Source: Macrostomum lignano
Taxonomy: Eukaryota
Length of the DNA: 64,000 nt
Reading direction: 5' to 3'
Assembly: GCA_002269645.1 (NCBI GenBank)
Contig: NIVC01000416.1
Span: 124,001-188,000 of the forward strand
Shown here: positions 1-13,856 of the stretch, one piece after another
Position numbering within the stretch: the stretch's first letter is position 1
Layout of the letters: each line of letters begins with the position of its first letter
Notes under the pieces: model-generated
What the model saw: only the letters and a program-made list of their open reading frames with translations
Database searches by the model: none
What the model was told of the DNA's origin: nothing
Position numbers and translations under genes: made by a program

Positions 1-150
1 TTGTGATGCCTATGGTTTGTGTTGTCTTTGGTTTGTGTTGTTTATGGTTTGTGATGTCTATGCTTGTGTTCTCTATGGTTTGCGATGCCTATGGTTGTGT
101 TCTCTATGGTTTGTGAAAAGGCATAGACGCCTTGGGATGTCTATGGCTTG
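1..150. repeat. Degenerate ~19-20 bp tandem repeat (tgtgatgtctatggtt-like)
   Basis: Recurrent ctatggtt(t)gtg units at the window start. Confidence 0.7.
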
Positions 151-1151
151 CAATTTTAAAGGTTTGTGATGGACTACTACCGTAAGGCTTACGTAGATCT
201 GTTAAAAGTTCAAAGCAGCTCACCTGAAATTGTCAACAGTATTTGATCAATCGTCAAAAACGTAGAGACAAGTAGACTAAGAAATAAGAAATTAGTTCAA
301 GACGCAATGCTTCACATGTTGAAAGTTATTCAAGTTAACCCGCCCAACGCTGCGACACCCACACAGTCTATAGCCCTGTAAGTTTAGCCACTGGCTTGCG
401 CCACTGTCAACCAATCATCGTGCGCCCAGTGCTACCAACCGGCACTTTTTTGGGGAATATAATCCTTTCTCTCTCCGTCCATCAGTCGCCATAGACTGAC
501 CATCCCTCCCATTGGTTTGTATGCATGGCATGCTAATGGCATCCATTCTTTAAACACTGACTGGATTCCTGAGCTCTTTCTACCTCTCTATCACTGCGGC
601 TATACCACCTCCTTTCATGGCATTCATTCTCTCATCATAGCCCTGTTAATGTTCCCATAGACTCACGAGGAAGTAGAGGCTCTTAGGACAGTCCAACTGG
701 CTGCATGGGCTCTAATTAATATGCCAAGGAAAGAGCTGAGGAAGGAAGGAAACAGGGAGAGGCAGAGGCAGAGGGCGGGAGCTGGCTCTACTTTCAATGA
801 TGGCGAGAGAAGGTAAAAGGGAGAGAGAGAACCGTGAAGTCCCGTCCTGAGCTGAGCTCAATTAGTCGGTAATGCGACACTGGCCGTGTTTAGGCAAAGA
901 AAAAAGCGCAAAAAGGAACTACAGGTGAAAAATCATGACTGAGAGAGTCAGCGGCATGGAATGAGCAAATGCAGCGTTTGAACAGATTTTTCAGCTGGGA
1001 AAAATTTTGGGACTCGCTTTTTATGAACTATTATAATGCAACCACGAGTTTCATTCGTCAAATTATTCTTGTGATTTAACTATTCAAAAAAGTTTACTTT
1101 TTCCAGCTCGAATTGTAAATAGAAAAATAGAAAAATTTCTATAAAGGATTG

Positions 1152-2340
1152 CATTAAGTACATTTCAGTGTTTTCAGTGTCTATGGCCAGGCCATGCTAT
1201 AAACTAGCATTAAGTACATTTCAGTGTTTTCAGTGTCTATGGCCAGGCCATGCTATAAACTAGCATTAAGTACATTTCAGTGTTTTCAGTGTCTATGGTC
1301 AGGCCATGCTATAAACTAGCATTAAGTACATTTCAGTGTTTTCAGTGTCTATGGTCAGGCCATGCTATAAACTAGCATTAAGTACATTTCAGTGTTTTCA
1401 GTGTCTATGGTCAGGCCATGCTATAAACTAGCATTAAGTACATTTCAGTGTTTTCAGTGTCTATGGTCAGGCCATGCTATAAACTAGCATTAAGTACATT
1501 TCAGTGTTTTCAGTGTCTATGGTAAGGCCATGCTATAAAATAGCATTAAGTACATTTCAGTGTTTTCAGTGTCTATGGCCAGGCCATGCTATTAACTAGC
1601 ATTAAGTACATTTCAGTGTTTTCAGTGTCTATGGTCAGGCCATGCTATAAACTAGCATTAAGTACATTTCCATGTCTATGGTCAGGCCATGCTATAAACT
1701 AGCATTAAGTACAGTTCAGTGTCTATGGTCAGGCCATGCTATAAACTAGCATTGTTACATTTCAGTGTCAATTTTCAGGCCATGCTATAAACTAGCATTA
1801 AGTACATTTCAGCGTCTATGGTCAGGCCATGCTATAAACTAGCATTAAGTACATTTCAGCGTCTATGGTCAGGCCATGCTATAAACTAGCATTAAGTACA
1901 TTTCAGTGTCTATGGTCAGGCCATGCTATAAACTAGCATTGTTACATTTCAGTGTCTATGGCCAGGCCATGCTATAAACTAGCATTAAGTACATTTCAGT
2001 GTTTTCAGTGTCTATGGCCAGGCCATGCTATAAACTAGCATTAAGTACATTTCAGTGTTTTCAGTGTCTATGGCCAGGCCATGCTATAAACTAGCATTAA
2101 GTACAGTTCAGTGTCTATGGTCAGGCCATGCTATAAACTAGCATTGTTACATTTCAGTGTCTATGGCCAGGCCATGCTATAAACTAGCATTAAGTACAGT
2201 TCAGTGTCTATGGCCAGGCCATGCTATAAACTAGCATTAAGTACAGTTCAGTGTCTATGGCCAGGCCATGCTATAAACTAGCATTAAGTACAGTTCAGTG
2301 TCTATGGCCAGGCCATGCTATAAACTAGCATTAAGTATAT
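1152..2340. repeat. Minisatellite, 48/58-bp units
   Basis: gcattaagtacatttcagtg(ttttcagtg)tctatggycaggccatgctataaacta. Confidence 0.95.
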
Positions 2341-2889
2341 TTCTGTGCGTACGAAAATGCTAGCTCGTAATTACGCTTGCTCAACTACTAGTGGCCCTTA
2401 AAATAAAATTGCCTGACAAAGAAGTTTTAGGTCCTAAAATACTATAGTTTTTTCTTTAATTAATATTTAATTTTGGCGATTCTGTTTAGTGTGTGGACTA
2501 GTGGTGTGACTGAGTCTGGATTTGGGAAGCAAACTCAGAAGCGAATTTTTTTGGCACTTAATTGAATGCCAGTCTATGGAGTTTAAGACCCCGTTAGTGT
2601 CCCCTGTCTACCTTTCGCTCACAGGCAAATTAGTTAAAGAGAAGCAGTGCTAGTTTCGCGGGAATTCAATCCAGTTCTTAGTTAATTAATAATTTATAAG
2701 AGCAATCACTGTTTCTGAGGCGCTGAAGTACATAGGAGCTCCGGGCTTGCAGAATTCAATCACAATGGTTCTGCACTTGTAAATTTTGCAGCAGCCAGAT
2801 GAAGGTGCAAAACATGTAGAAAAATTACCCTATACCCAAAATTTGCCATCAACAAAACACACAACACTGAAATCAACAGACACCCAAAT

Positions 2890-3765
2890 CAAGCGTCACT
2901 AAAATCAAGCGTCACCAAAATCCAGCGTCACCGAAATCAAGCGTCACCAAAATCAAGCGTCACCAAAATCCAGCGTCACCAAAATCCAGCGTCACTAATC
3001 AAGCGTCACCAAAATCCAGCGTCACTAAAATCAAGCGTCACTAAAATCAAGCGTCACCAAAATCCAGCGTCACTAAAATCAAGCGTCACCAAAATCCAGC
3101 GTCACTAAAATCAAGCGTCACCAAAATCAAGCGTCACCAAAATCCAGCGTCACCAAAATCCAGCGTCACCAAAATCCAGCGTCACCAAAATCCAGCGTCA
3201 CCAAAATCAAGCGTCACCAAAATCCAGCGTCACCAAAATCCAGCGTCACTAAAATCCAGCGTCACTAAAATCAAGCGTCACCAAAATCCATCGTCACCAA
3301 AATCCAGCGTCACCAAAATCAAGCGTCACCAAAATCCAGCGTCACCAAAATCCAGCGTCACCAAAATTCAGCGTCACCAAAATCCAGCGTCACCAAAATC
3401 CAGCGTCACCAAAATCAAGCGTCACCAAAATCCAGCGTCACTAAAATCAAGCGTCACCAAAATCCAGCGTCACAAAAATCAAGCGTCACCAAAATCAAGC
3501 GTCACCAAAATCCAGCGTCACCAAAATCCATCGTCACCAAAATCAAGCGTCACCAGAATCAAGCGTCACCAAAATCAAGCGTCACCAAAATCCAGCGTCA
3601 CCAAAATCAAGCGTCACCAAAATCCAGCGTCACTAAAATCCAGCGTCACTAAAATCAAGCGTCACCAAAATCCAGCGTCACCAAAATCAAGCGTCACCAA
3701 AATCCAGCGTCACTAAAATCAAGCGTCACCAAAATCAAGCGTCACCAAAATCAAGCGTCACCACA
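2890..3765. repeat. 16-bp minisatellite
   Basis: aaaatc(c/a)agcgtcac(c/t). Confidence 0.97.
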
Positions 3766-4130
3766 ATATTATAACGACAGTACACCCAAATAGCGTTGTG
3801 CTGGTGACGCCATTTCGGCAGGGACTTTCTGCTGAAAGAAGAATCTCTTTGAAAAAGAGATCGGGTGAAGGATAGAGCAAGATACGGGTTCAGGGAGCCC
3901 CTGGCTTTGATGCGTACTTCAGTAACTTAGTGTGTATCGATGCAAATTGAATCTGCATTCGATTAGCTGAGCTGAGGCGAGTCTCTCTGCGTAAGACTTC
4001 CCAGACATGCCGGAGCCTCAAGGCCTCGTGTGACTGCGTGTCTTTCAAAATAGTGAAGAACAAATGGACTCCGAACAGAACTTCGTCGATTTATGGGCGT
4101 GTCGTGGGCTGAGTGGGATCGCCATCACCG

Positions 4131-4990
4131 AATACTCTGACACAGAATACTCTGACACAGAATCCTCTGACACAGAATCCTCTGACACAGAATCCTCTGA
4201 CACAGAATCCTCTGACACAGAATCCTCTGACACAGAATCCTCTGACACAGAATCCTCTGACACAGAATCCTCTGACACAGAATCCTCTGACACAGAATCC
4301 TCTGACACAGAATCCTCTGACACAGAATCCTCTGACACAGAATCCTCTGACACACAATCCTCTGACACAGAATCCTCTGACACAGAATCCTCTGACACAG
4401 AATCCTCTGACACAGAATCCTCTGACACAGAATCCTCTGACACAGAATCCTCTGACACAGAATCCTCTGACACAGAATCCTCTGACACAGAATCCTCTGA
4501 CACAGAATCCTCTGACACAGAATCCTCTGACACAGAATCCTCTGACACAGAATCCTCTGATACACAATCCTCTGACACAGAATCCTCTGACACAGAATCC
4601 TCTGACACAGAATCCTCTGACACACAATCCTCTGACACAGAATCCTCTGACACAGAATCCTCTGATACACAATCCTCTGACACAGAATCCTCTGACACAG
4701 AATCCTCTGACACAGAATCCTCTGACACAGAATCCTCTGACACAGAATCCTCTGACACAGAATCCTCTGACACAGAATCCTCTGACACAGAATCCTCTGA
4801 TACACAATCCTCTGACACAGAATCCTCTGACACAGAATCCTCTGACACAGAATCCTCTGACACAGAATCCTCTGACACAGAATCCTCTGACACAGAATCC
4901 TCTGACACAGAATCCTCTGACACAAAATCCTCTGACACAGAATCCTCTGACACAGAATCCTCTGACACAGAATCCTCTGACACAGAATCC
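4131..4990. repeat. 15-bp minisatellite
   Basis: gaatcctctgacaca; source of the spurious multi-frame ORFs. Confidence 0.97.
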
Positions 4991-6142
4991 TCTACACTAT
5001 CTTCATGACGCAAACGTTTATTTTAAAGACACTTTCTGCCTCCATCTGACATACCGATATGACATGGAGAATTTCTGCCCTTTGGCTAAAAGGTCCATCT
5101 CCCCCTCTCTCCTCCCCCTTTTGTTTCTTTGACTATCAATCACTGGCAAAAATCTTTTGAGGACGAGTTTGTACACGACAAGTCGCAAGTTAGAAATCTT
5201 TCCTCGTCAAAGTCCCACACGCCATAAAATCCTCTCCGTCTTTGATCCCAAATTCTTTGTAGAAAAGAAAATTTTGGCTATAGCTATAGCTTAGACCACG
5301 TGTGGCATTTCTGACCAGAGCTTTTTCGAGCAGATAATTTCGTATTCGGGTGATGAGACGTCTTATTAGTCAGGCATAGCAACGTATTTGCATATAGGTT
5401 GGGTTAGAGTGCATCTTAGGCATCATTGATATATGCTGTAGTCAAAAAGAAACTAACTGGGTAAAATTAAAAGCCATTTTAGTTTATAGTATGGCCGATT
5501 AAACTTCAATTTAATCGCAAATTGAATCAGCTAGTTTCTTTGTGGTACAATATTTCTTAGAAAAAAAGCCACTGAAAACCCCATATATACAGATGATATT
5601 AAGAGGACATCCTAGATTTCAATTGTGCGTACTTGTAATACTTTAAAATAAGACTTTCGCTATTGCAAGTCTTTAAAAAATTCCAAATACTTTTTTCCAG
5701 ACTCAAAAACTTTCTTCACCAGAATTCCAATTGCTTAGATTCAAGCTACTAGTAGTAGACTGTAGCGATTCGAGTTGGCTTGAATTTGAAAAGTAATGAT
5801 TGGTTAGAATTGGTGAAATACCAATTGTATCAACTGCTGAGGCTAATGCTTAATTTTTGCCTAATAAATAAGTCGGAGCATTCTTGAGACAGTCTTGCAG
5901 AAACGACGCATTCACTGTACTCAAAACAATTGAGAACAGTAATTAACAGGGTTGAATTGCCCTTGATTTTATTTGCTTTATTTGCTGGCAACTGGCAACT
6001 AAACTTTTAAGAGTTGTTTCGATCCGTTTTGTGCGAGCGTACCTTTAATTAATTCAAGCCAACCGCAATTTCTGGCGTTAATAGTCGTCATCAAAATCGG
6101 CTACCGAATCTCCAGTGTGATGGCCTCGCTTTCCAATGAATC

Positions 6143-6370
6143 CGTGACGTCGTTTTCCTAGAAACGAATGGCGTCGTTTTCCTAGAAACGAATGGCGTCG
6201 TTTTCCTAGAAACGAATGGCGTCGTTTTCCTAGAAACGAATGGCGTCGTTTTCCTAGAAACGAATGGCGCCGCTTTCCCATAAAGGAGTGTCGACGCTTT
6301 CCTAGAAACGAGTGTCGACGCTTTCCTAGAAACGAGTGTCGTCGCTTTCCTAGAAACGAGTGTCGTCGCT
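6143..6370. repeat. ~23-24-bp minisatellite
   Basis: cgtcgttttcctagaaacgaatgg and variants. Confidence 0.9.
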
Positions 6371-7619
6371 TCTCAACACCTTGCTCGCCTTGCAGAAGCT
6401 TTTGCTCGACTAATTCCTCTATACCATGTTCAGAATCGGCTAAATCGATGGGCTCGAAGCTCGGTTGCTCTGAAACGGTGGGGGTTATCAGGTAAGTTAG
6501 CTACGTGGTTGTAACCTTTTACTAATAAAAGTCTTTAACTAACCAGGGCCAATACCCAAGGCACAAAGAGTGGCACCTGAAAATTAGAAATTCAGTACCG
6601 CGATGTACACCTGTGTGATGGACCATGTCGCCCAAGGCTTTGCGCCAGCTGCAGTCCAAAACCCTCATGCAGTTATTATTGTTATTATTTATTATTATTA
6701 CTATATGTTCCTTGAGTCTCAGTACTCACTGCTGTTTACCCATTCACTTCTCGTACCCTCATTCAATATATACGCCAAATAAGAACTGTCAATGAGTGTT
6801 GCAATGCCATGCGTCGTATTGCATCGGGAGTTGATTGCCTAGGATAATATTATTAATTAGTCAGTAAGAAATACCGAGGCATGGGGTTCATTAGCTCAGC
6901 GCGAGGGCGTCCGACATCCCGCGATAAAGCTTTCCCAGAGTGTGATTCTGCGTGGGCGATCACCACATCTGCTTGGGGGAAGTCAACTGACGGATTCTTA
7001 GCCAGGAGGTCATGCTCCTGAGGACCAACTGTCGCAGGACTGAACATTTACACTGTCTGACAATGAGAATAAGATATCTTAAGAGGTTTCGATCAGTTTC
7101 AAGAATTCTGATCTGGTATTGAAAATATTACTGACAACATATATTTAGACACGCACATAGTTATAGACAATGTCCTCGAACAATAACACTTTTATCGAGT
7201 GCTCTTCTCGCAAGAATTTCTTAAGCCTTCCAACACAGCTTCAAAATGCATATAAGATTTTTATTGACATTGTAGGTGTATATAATAGCTCTATCTAAAA
7301 CCCTGCAGTATTTAACACTCTCGAACTCTCACCAGGTACGTACTAATCCATGGAAAATAGTGCTATTTTTATTCCTGCTAAGCCCATTCCTAAGACTTTA
7401 GATTTGAGCCCAGAGCAACCGGTGTTCTCAGCCAGCTGGCAAACTTACGGGCTCGGCTCGGCGGCACGGCGCTGATATCGATCAGCAGGATGAGCACAGC
7501 AGCCGACCAGACTGGCAACAGCTTCATGGCTTGTCGAATAGGGCTTGTTGCTATTTGACCTGGACTTTTCCTGCGAATGGGTGTTTGTCATCTTGGTCAT
7601 TAGACTACTGAAGACACAG

Positions 7620-8440
7620 TACAGAGGACACAATAGTGAGGACACACTAGAGTAGACACACTAGAGAGGACACAAAAGAGAGGACAAACTAGAGAGGACA
7701 AACTAGAGCGGACACACTAGAGAGGACACACTAGAGAGGACACACTAGAGGACACACTAGAGCGGAAACACTAGAGAGGACACACTAGAGAGGACACACT
7801 AGAGAGGACACACTAGAGAGGACACACTAGAGAGGACACACTAGAGAGGACACGCTAGAGAGGACACACTAGAGAGGACACACTAGAGAGGACACACTAG
7901 AGAGGACACACTAGAGCGGACACACTAGAGAGGACACACTAGAGAGGACACACTAGAGAGGACACGCTAGAGAGGACACACTAGAGTGGACACACTAGAG
8001 AGGACACACTAGAGTAGACACACTAGAGATGACACAAAAGAGAGGACAAACTAGAGAGGACAAACTAGAGCAGACACACTAGAGAGGACACACTAGAGAG
8101 GACACACTAGAGAGGACACACTAGAGAGGACACACTAGAGAGGACACACTAGAGCGGACACACTAGAGAGGACACACTAGAGAGGACACACTAGAGAGGA
8201 CACACTAGAGAGGACACGCTAGAGAGAACACGCTAGAGAGGACACACTAGAGAGGACACACGAGAGAGGACACACTAGAGAGGACACACTAGAGAGGACA
8301 CACTAGAGAGGACACAAAAGAGAGGACACACTAGAAAGGACACACTAGAGAGAACACACTAGAGAGGACACACTAGAAATGACACACTAGAGCGGACACA
8401 CTAGAGAGGACACAAAAGAGAGGACACACTAGAGCGGACA
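7620..8440. repeat. 14-bp minisatellite
   Basis: ctagagaggacaca. Confidence 0.95.
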
Positions 8441-8902
8441 CAGTACCGAAGACACAGTACAAATGACTGTGTTTCTGAGTCAACCGAAGACGCGTAGTAA
8501 TAGGACTTAGAAAGTAGTCTGCAGTCACTAAGGCAGCTTCCATTAAAGCTTATTGAGATGCATTTAAATGAACAGAAATTCTGAGAACAGATGTAGATAA
8601 GGTTAAATTGACCTAAATAATGGACCATCCAAGACATTATATCCGGCTCAAGTATGGCATACAGCAAACCAAATGTAGAGACAATATCGCCTTACAGACA
8701 CAATTATTACAATTGCTAAACGAAATTCGGCGGAGACATGCTAGTCTAAAAGAAACATTTTGCATCTGATCGGTTTTGAATTTCTTTAGTTGTTAGAGTC
8801 GTTAATTTATATTTTTATAACGACTCCAATGAAATGATAAATTTCGACAAACTACGTAAGTGCAACAGAAAATGGCTAGCCTCTCTTGGTAAGAGAGAGG
8901 TA

Positions 8903-9290
8903 AGAGAGGAGAGGAGAGGAGAGGAGAGGAGAGGAGAGGAGAGGAGAGGAGAGGAGAGGAGAGGAGAGGAGAGGAGAGGAGAGGAGAGGAGAGGAGAGGA
9001 GAGGAGAGGAGAGGAGAGGAGAGGAGAGGAGAGGAGAGGAGAGGAGAGGAGAGGAGAGGAGAGGAGAGGAGAGGAGAGGAGAGGAGAGGAGAGGAGAGGA
9101 GAGGAGAGGAGAGGAGAGGAGAGGAGAGGAGAGGAGAGGAGAGGAGAGGAGAGGAGAGGAGAGGAGAGGAGAGAAGAGGAGAGAAGAGGAGAGGAGAGGA
9201 GAGGAGAGGAGAGGAGAGGAGAGGAGAGAAGAGGAGAGAAGAGGAGAGGAGAGAAGAGGAGAGGAGAGGAGAGGAGAGGAAAGGAGAGGA
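8903..9290. repeat. (GAGGA)n microsatellite
   Basis: Direct reading. Confidence 0.98.
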
Positions 9291-10100
9291 GGCTAGCCCG
9301 AACCCGGTAAGCCAGTGTTTTGGCATTGATTCTTTCACGCCTTTAGAATAGAGGCCATGGACCACAAACGGCAACATGTATACAGGCAGGTAGACAGTTG
9401 CCTGGCAAATATTTCTATCCAGAATCGATGAAGTCAAAGTTCGGTGGCGCGCCTCGGATTAGGACTCGCTCTCGCGCTAATCTTTAGGAAGAGATTGATT
9501 TCTCAATCCTCTAATACGGCTGAGCAAGAGAGGGAAAGGAGAATGAGAAGTTTCGCCATCAATTGCCAGAGTGACATAAACATCGCCCCCCCCCCCCTAC
9601 CCAAGTAATGCACCTCAGGCATCCCTCCGCGTCCTTTCTTCGACTGCTTCCGACTGTGCCCGAAGCAGCTCTGGGCTGGGCCTGACCATCATCTCTCCAT
9701 TGCTGCGAATTCGAGCAATGAAAATCTTGGGATTGACTTGACTGACTGCAGGCAGGGAGGCGGGCTGGACTCGCTCACTTGGGGCCCCGATGGCAATGAT
9801 TTATGCGCGCCCTCTCGCGAGACAGAATGGAATTCTTTTTTCGTCGCATTATCTACAGCCGATGCCTGCATGGCAGGCCGTCTTTGCTCTTGCTCAGCTT
9901 CTTCCTCCATCGTCAGCTCGATTTCGCTGCTCAATCTTCATTTTCAAAATTCCTGCTTACTTTCCGGAGACCGGAATGCGGGGCACTCCATTTCGGCTTA
10001 TGAGCATCCTGTTCTGCTAATTCGGCTTTCTGAGCTTGTGTTTGCGGTCCAGATGGTGCTCACCAGTCTGAGTCTGTCAGTCTGGGCTGCTGTGCGAGTG

Positions 10101-10673
<573 letters not shown>

Positions 10674-11149
10674 ACACAGCAGTTCTTCTTGTCACCGTAA
10701 ATCCCTGTTTGTTCAGAAGTTCTTCCCGAGTTCGAAGGGGATAAAACTCGGCAGTTTTAATTAGCATTTTTAATCCATCGAAAGTTTCGCTATACAACTG
10801 TCTTTGTCAAATTGGATTTAAGATATGCCCGATACAACTAGGCAAGAGGAGGAGCTTGGGCGAAAGTCAAATTTGTCCTGGATCTTTCCTGGATGCAAAA
10901 ATGGTTATTTCTTCTCGAATTATTGAACGGGATTAATTCAAAAAATTCAATGCTTTGTCAAACAGACAGAAGTGCCTGTTTCTTGCCAATTGTAAAAATA
11001 AATTGTTCACAAACATACGCTGTTGCAGGGAATGCAAACAAATCCGAAAAAACTGAAACGATTCATGCAAATTTTTAAGAGAAAGATAAACAAAATTTAA
11101 ACACAGTCAGAGTGAAGCAGCGAGTCAGACAGCTAGGTCCTAGACACAT

Positions 11150-11665
11150 TTAAAGTAAAGCATTATCTACCGCCAGTTAGGCCATAGACATATTCAGAGT
11201 AAATGCAGCGAGTGAGACACATTCAGAGTGAAGTAGCAAGTGAAACGCTTAGGCCATAGAAACAGAGTGAAGCATTATCTACAGCCAGTTAGGCCATAGA
11301 AACAGAGTGAAGCATTATCTACAGCCAGTTAGGCCATAGAAACAGAGTGAAGCATTATCTACAGCCAGTTAGGCCATAGAAACAGAGTGAAGCATTATCT
11401 ACAGCCAGTTAGGCCATAGAAACAGAGTGAAGCATTATCTACAGCCAGTTAGGCCATAGAAACAGAGTGAAGCATTATCTACAGCCAGTTAGGCCATAGA
11501 CACAGAGTGAAGCATTATCTACAGCCAGTTAGGCCATAGACACAGAGTGAAGCATTATCTACAGCCACTTAGGCCATAGAAATATTCAGAGTGAAGCAGC
11601 GAGTGAGACAGTTAGGCCATAGACACATTTAAAGTAAATGCAGCGAGTGAGATAGTTAGGCCATA
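11150..11665. repeat. 40-bp minisatellite with degenerate flanks
   Basis: acagccagttaggccatagaaacagagtgaagcattatct. Confidence 0.95.
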
Positions 11666-13129
11666 TACACAAACAAGTTAAAAGTCATACACATTGTAAA
11701 AAGGTCCAACTTACAGTGCAAGTTGCCTTAATTTGAACGCAGAACGCTGTCCTAGAAGAGCAGCTAACGCAGGACTCGTCAAAAGACAGTGGGCGTGTTC
11801 GCTTGTCTTCTTACTTGTTTAAAAGAAACTTTTTTCGACTTCCTCGTGGCAGTGGAAGCAATTCTGAACTCGGCCTATATAAATACTATAAATGAGTTTG
11901 GAGTTGCCACAGCCAATGAGAAGCTTTCTAAGTACAAGTAGCTAGCTTCATCTTTGCACGCATCCCCAAATCCAGGAAACAGCTGCGTTATAGGCTGCTT
12001 TTAGCATGGCTGAATGCGAAAAGAAAGAATAGCGATTGACAATGGTTGAGGAAGCAGAGACGTCTGTAGTAGGCGTTGTTTTGCTAAAAGCTACTCTGCA
12101 TAAGGCAGGACACTTTCTCTGACGATTTCTCAGGTTGAAGCATTGAGAATTGAACGACAGAAGACTTTCCTTCCAGAAGAAGTAATCTTGCGTTTTTGCA
12201 TTGTTTCATCCTGATGGTGTTTAATAGTGGCATGATGGCTCGACCGCCTACTAAAAGCAGTTTGAGTGCCTTGCATGTCGTTGCCACATATTTGTCAATC
12301 AGGTTCACTAAGCCGGCAGAACTCATGACCAATGCTCAATGCATTCAAGACTGCATAGCAACAGCAATCTCCACCCGTGCACGTATATTTCCAGAGGAAT
12401 TCAAGAAACAAATCTACATTTATGGAAAGTTTCGAATTGGGGAAGAATAAAAACGCAATTGCTCCCGTCTCAGGTCGGTCCGAAATGACGCCACTAGATT
12501 TGATGCCCACGAAGGCGCGGTCTGGTGTCTGCAAGAAGTCAGTAAATGCTTTACCAGTTAGCCCAGTCTAAATACAGCGCTAAAATATGGATTGTTATAC
12601 ATGTTAATGGAGCTAACAACTGAAGCAGCTGCTGTAAGCCAACTATCCAAAAATAGTTCCATTAAGAATGGCACACATTTTAACAGTTTGGCGCTTCTTC
12701 TCGCACAAGGCGCTCCCACGCCCACTCAGACTCCTTCAGAGACAGAATCAGTCAGCTTTTTTGTTCATCCTCGCCTCACAGTCAGTTTTAATCTACAGTG
12801 CTTGGCTTAAGTTTATTTTTTAACCTTTTAACTCCAATAAGCGACCGAGAGAGAGCGCGTTTTTAAGTACGAAAAACGGATTAGCGTAAACTTACTGTAT
12901 TATCCATGATGATCGACCGTTAGTTAGTTCAGGTTAGGAAAAATCTAAAAAAGAGATGCACTTCTATCGTGTTAACATTTTTAGGCCTTAAAGAAGTGTT
13001 TAAATTTATCGTAAATCTATTTTTGACCATAAATTGGGTTCTATTTTAAGCCTTCCCGTGGGTATCTTTCACGACGACTGAGTGGCGTCGTTTCTATATG
13101 CTAGTCTTACAGTGAGCGTCCTTCAAACT

Positions 13130-13700
13130 GATATCATCACTATCTTATGCCATCCAATGGGTGTCGTTCAAAGTGACGTCATTTCTACTTTATGTAAGTA
13201 ATCCAATCAGTGATGTTCAAAGTGACGACGTCATTTCTATTTTAAGCCACCCAATGGTTGTCGTTCAAAGTGACGTCATTTCTTTTTTAGCTAATCAATG
13301 GGAGTCGTTCAAAATTACGTCATTTCTTTTTCAGCCACCCAATGGGAGTCGTTCAAAATGACGTCATTTCTTTTTCAGCCACCCAATGGGTGTCGTTCAA
13401 AGTGACGTCATTTCTATTTTAACCACCTGATGGATGTCATTCAAAATGAGATCATTTCTTTTTTCAGCCACCCAATGGTTGTCGTTCAAAGTGACGTCAT
13501 TTCTATCTTAAGGCATCCAATGGGTGTCACCCAAACTGACGTAATTTCTATTTTTAGTCACCTAATTGGTGTCGCTCAAACCCATATCATTTATATTTTA
13601 AGCCATTCAATGGGCGTCGTTCAAGCTGATGTCCTTTCTATTTTTAGCCACCCAACGAGTGCCATTCAAAATAACGTCATTTCTATATTCGATTGCAGCA
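13130..13700. repeat. Degenerate ~45-bp array containing CCAAT and TGACGTCA motifs
   Basis: agccacccaatgggtgtcgttcaaagtgacgtcatttctatttt consensus-like units. Confidence 0.85.
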
Positions 13701-13856
13701 GATATCGATCAGATCAGATTGATATCATTTTTATTTTAGATGTTGCAACGATGCCTCCCTCGGGGACTTAAATTATATTTTTTCATAAACGTTTTTATCG
13801 TTCGCTAGGATAATTATGAAATAATTTCTATCTGATCATGCGTTTCAACACCAATT

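Noticed and set aside
4045-5132. Long ORFs in several frames (DTESS/SEDSV etc.)
   Set aside because: Stop-free 15-bp repeat open on both strands; no splice or domain support
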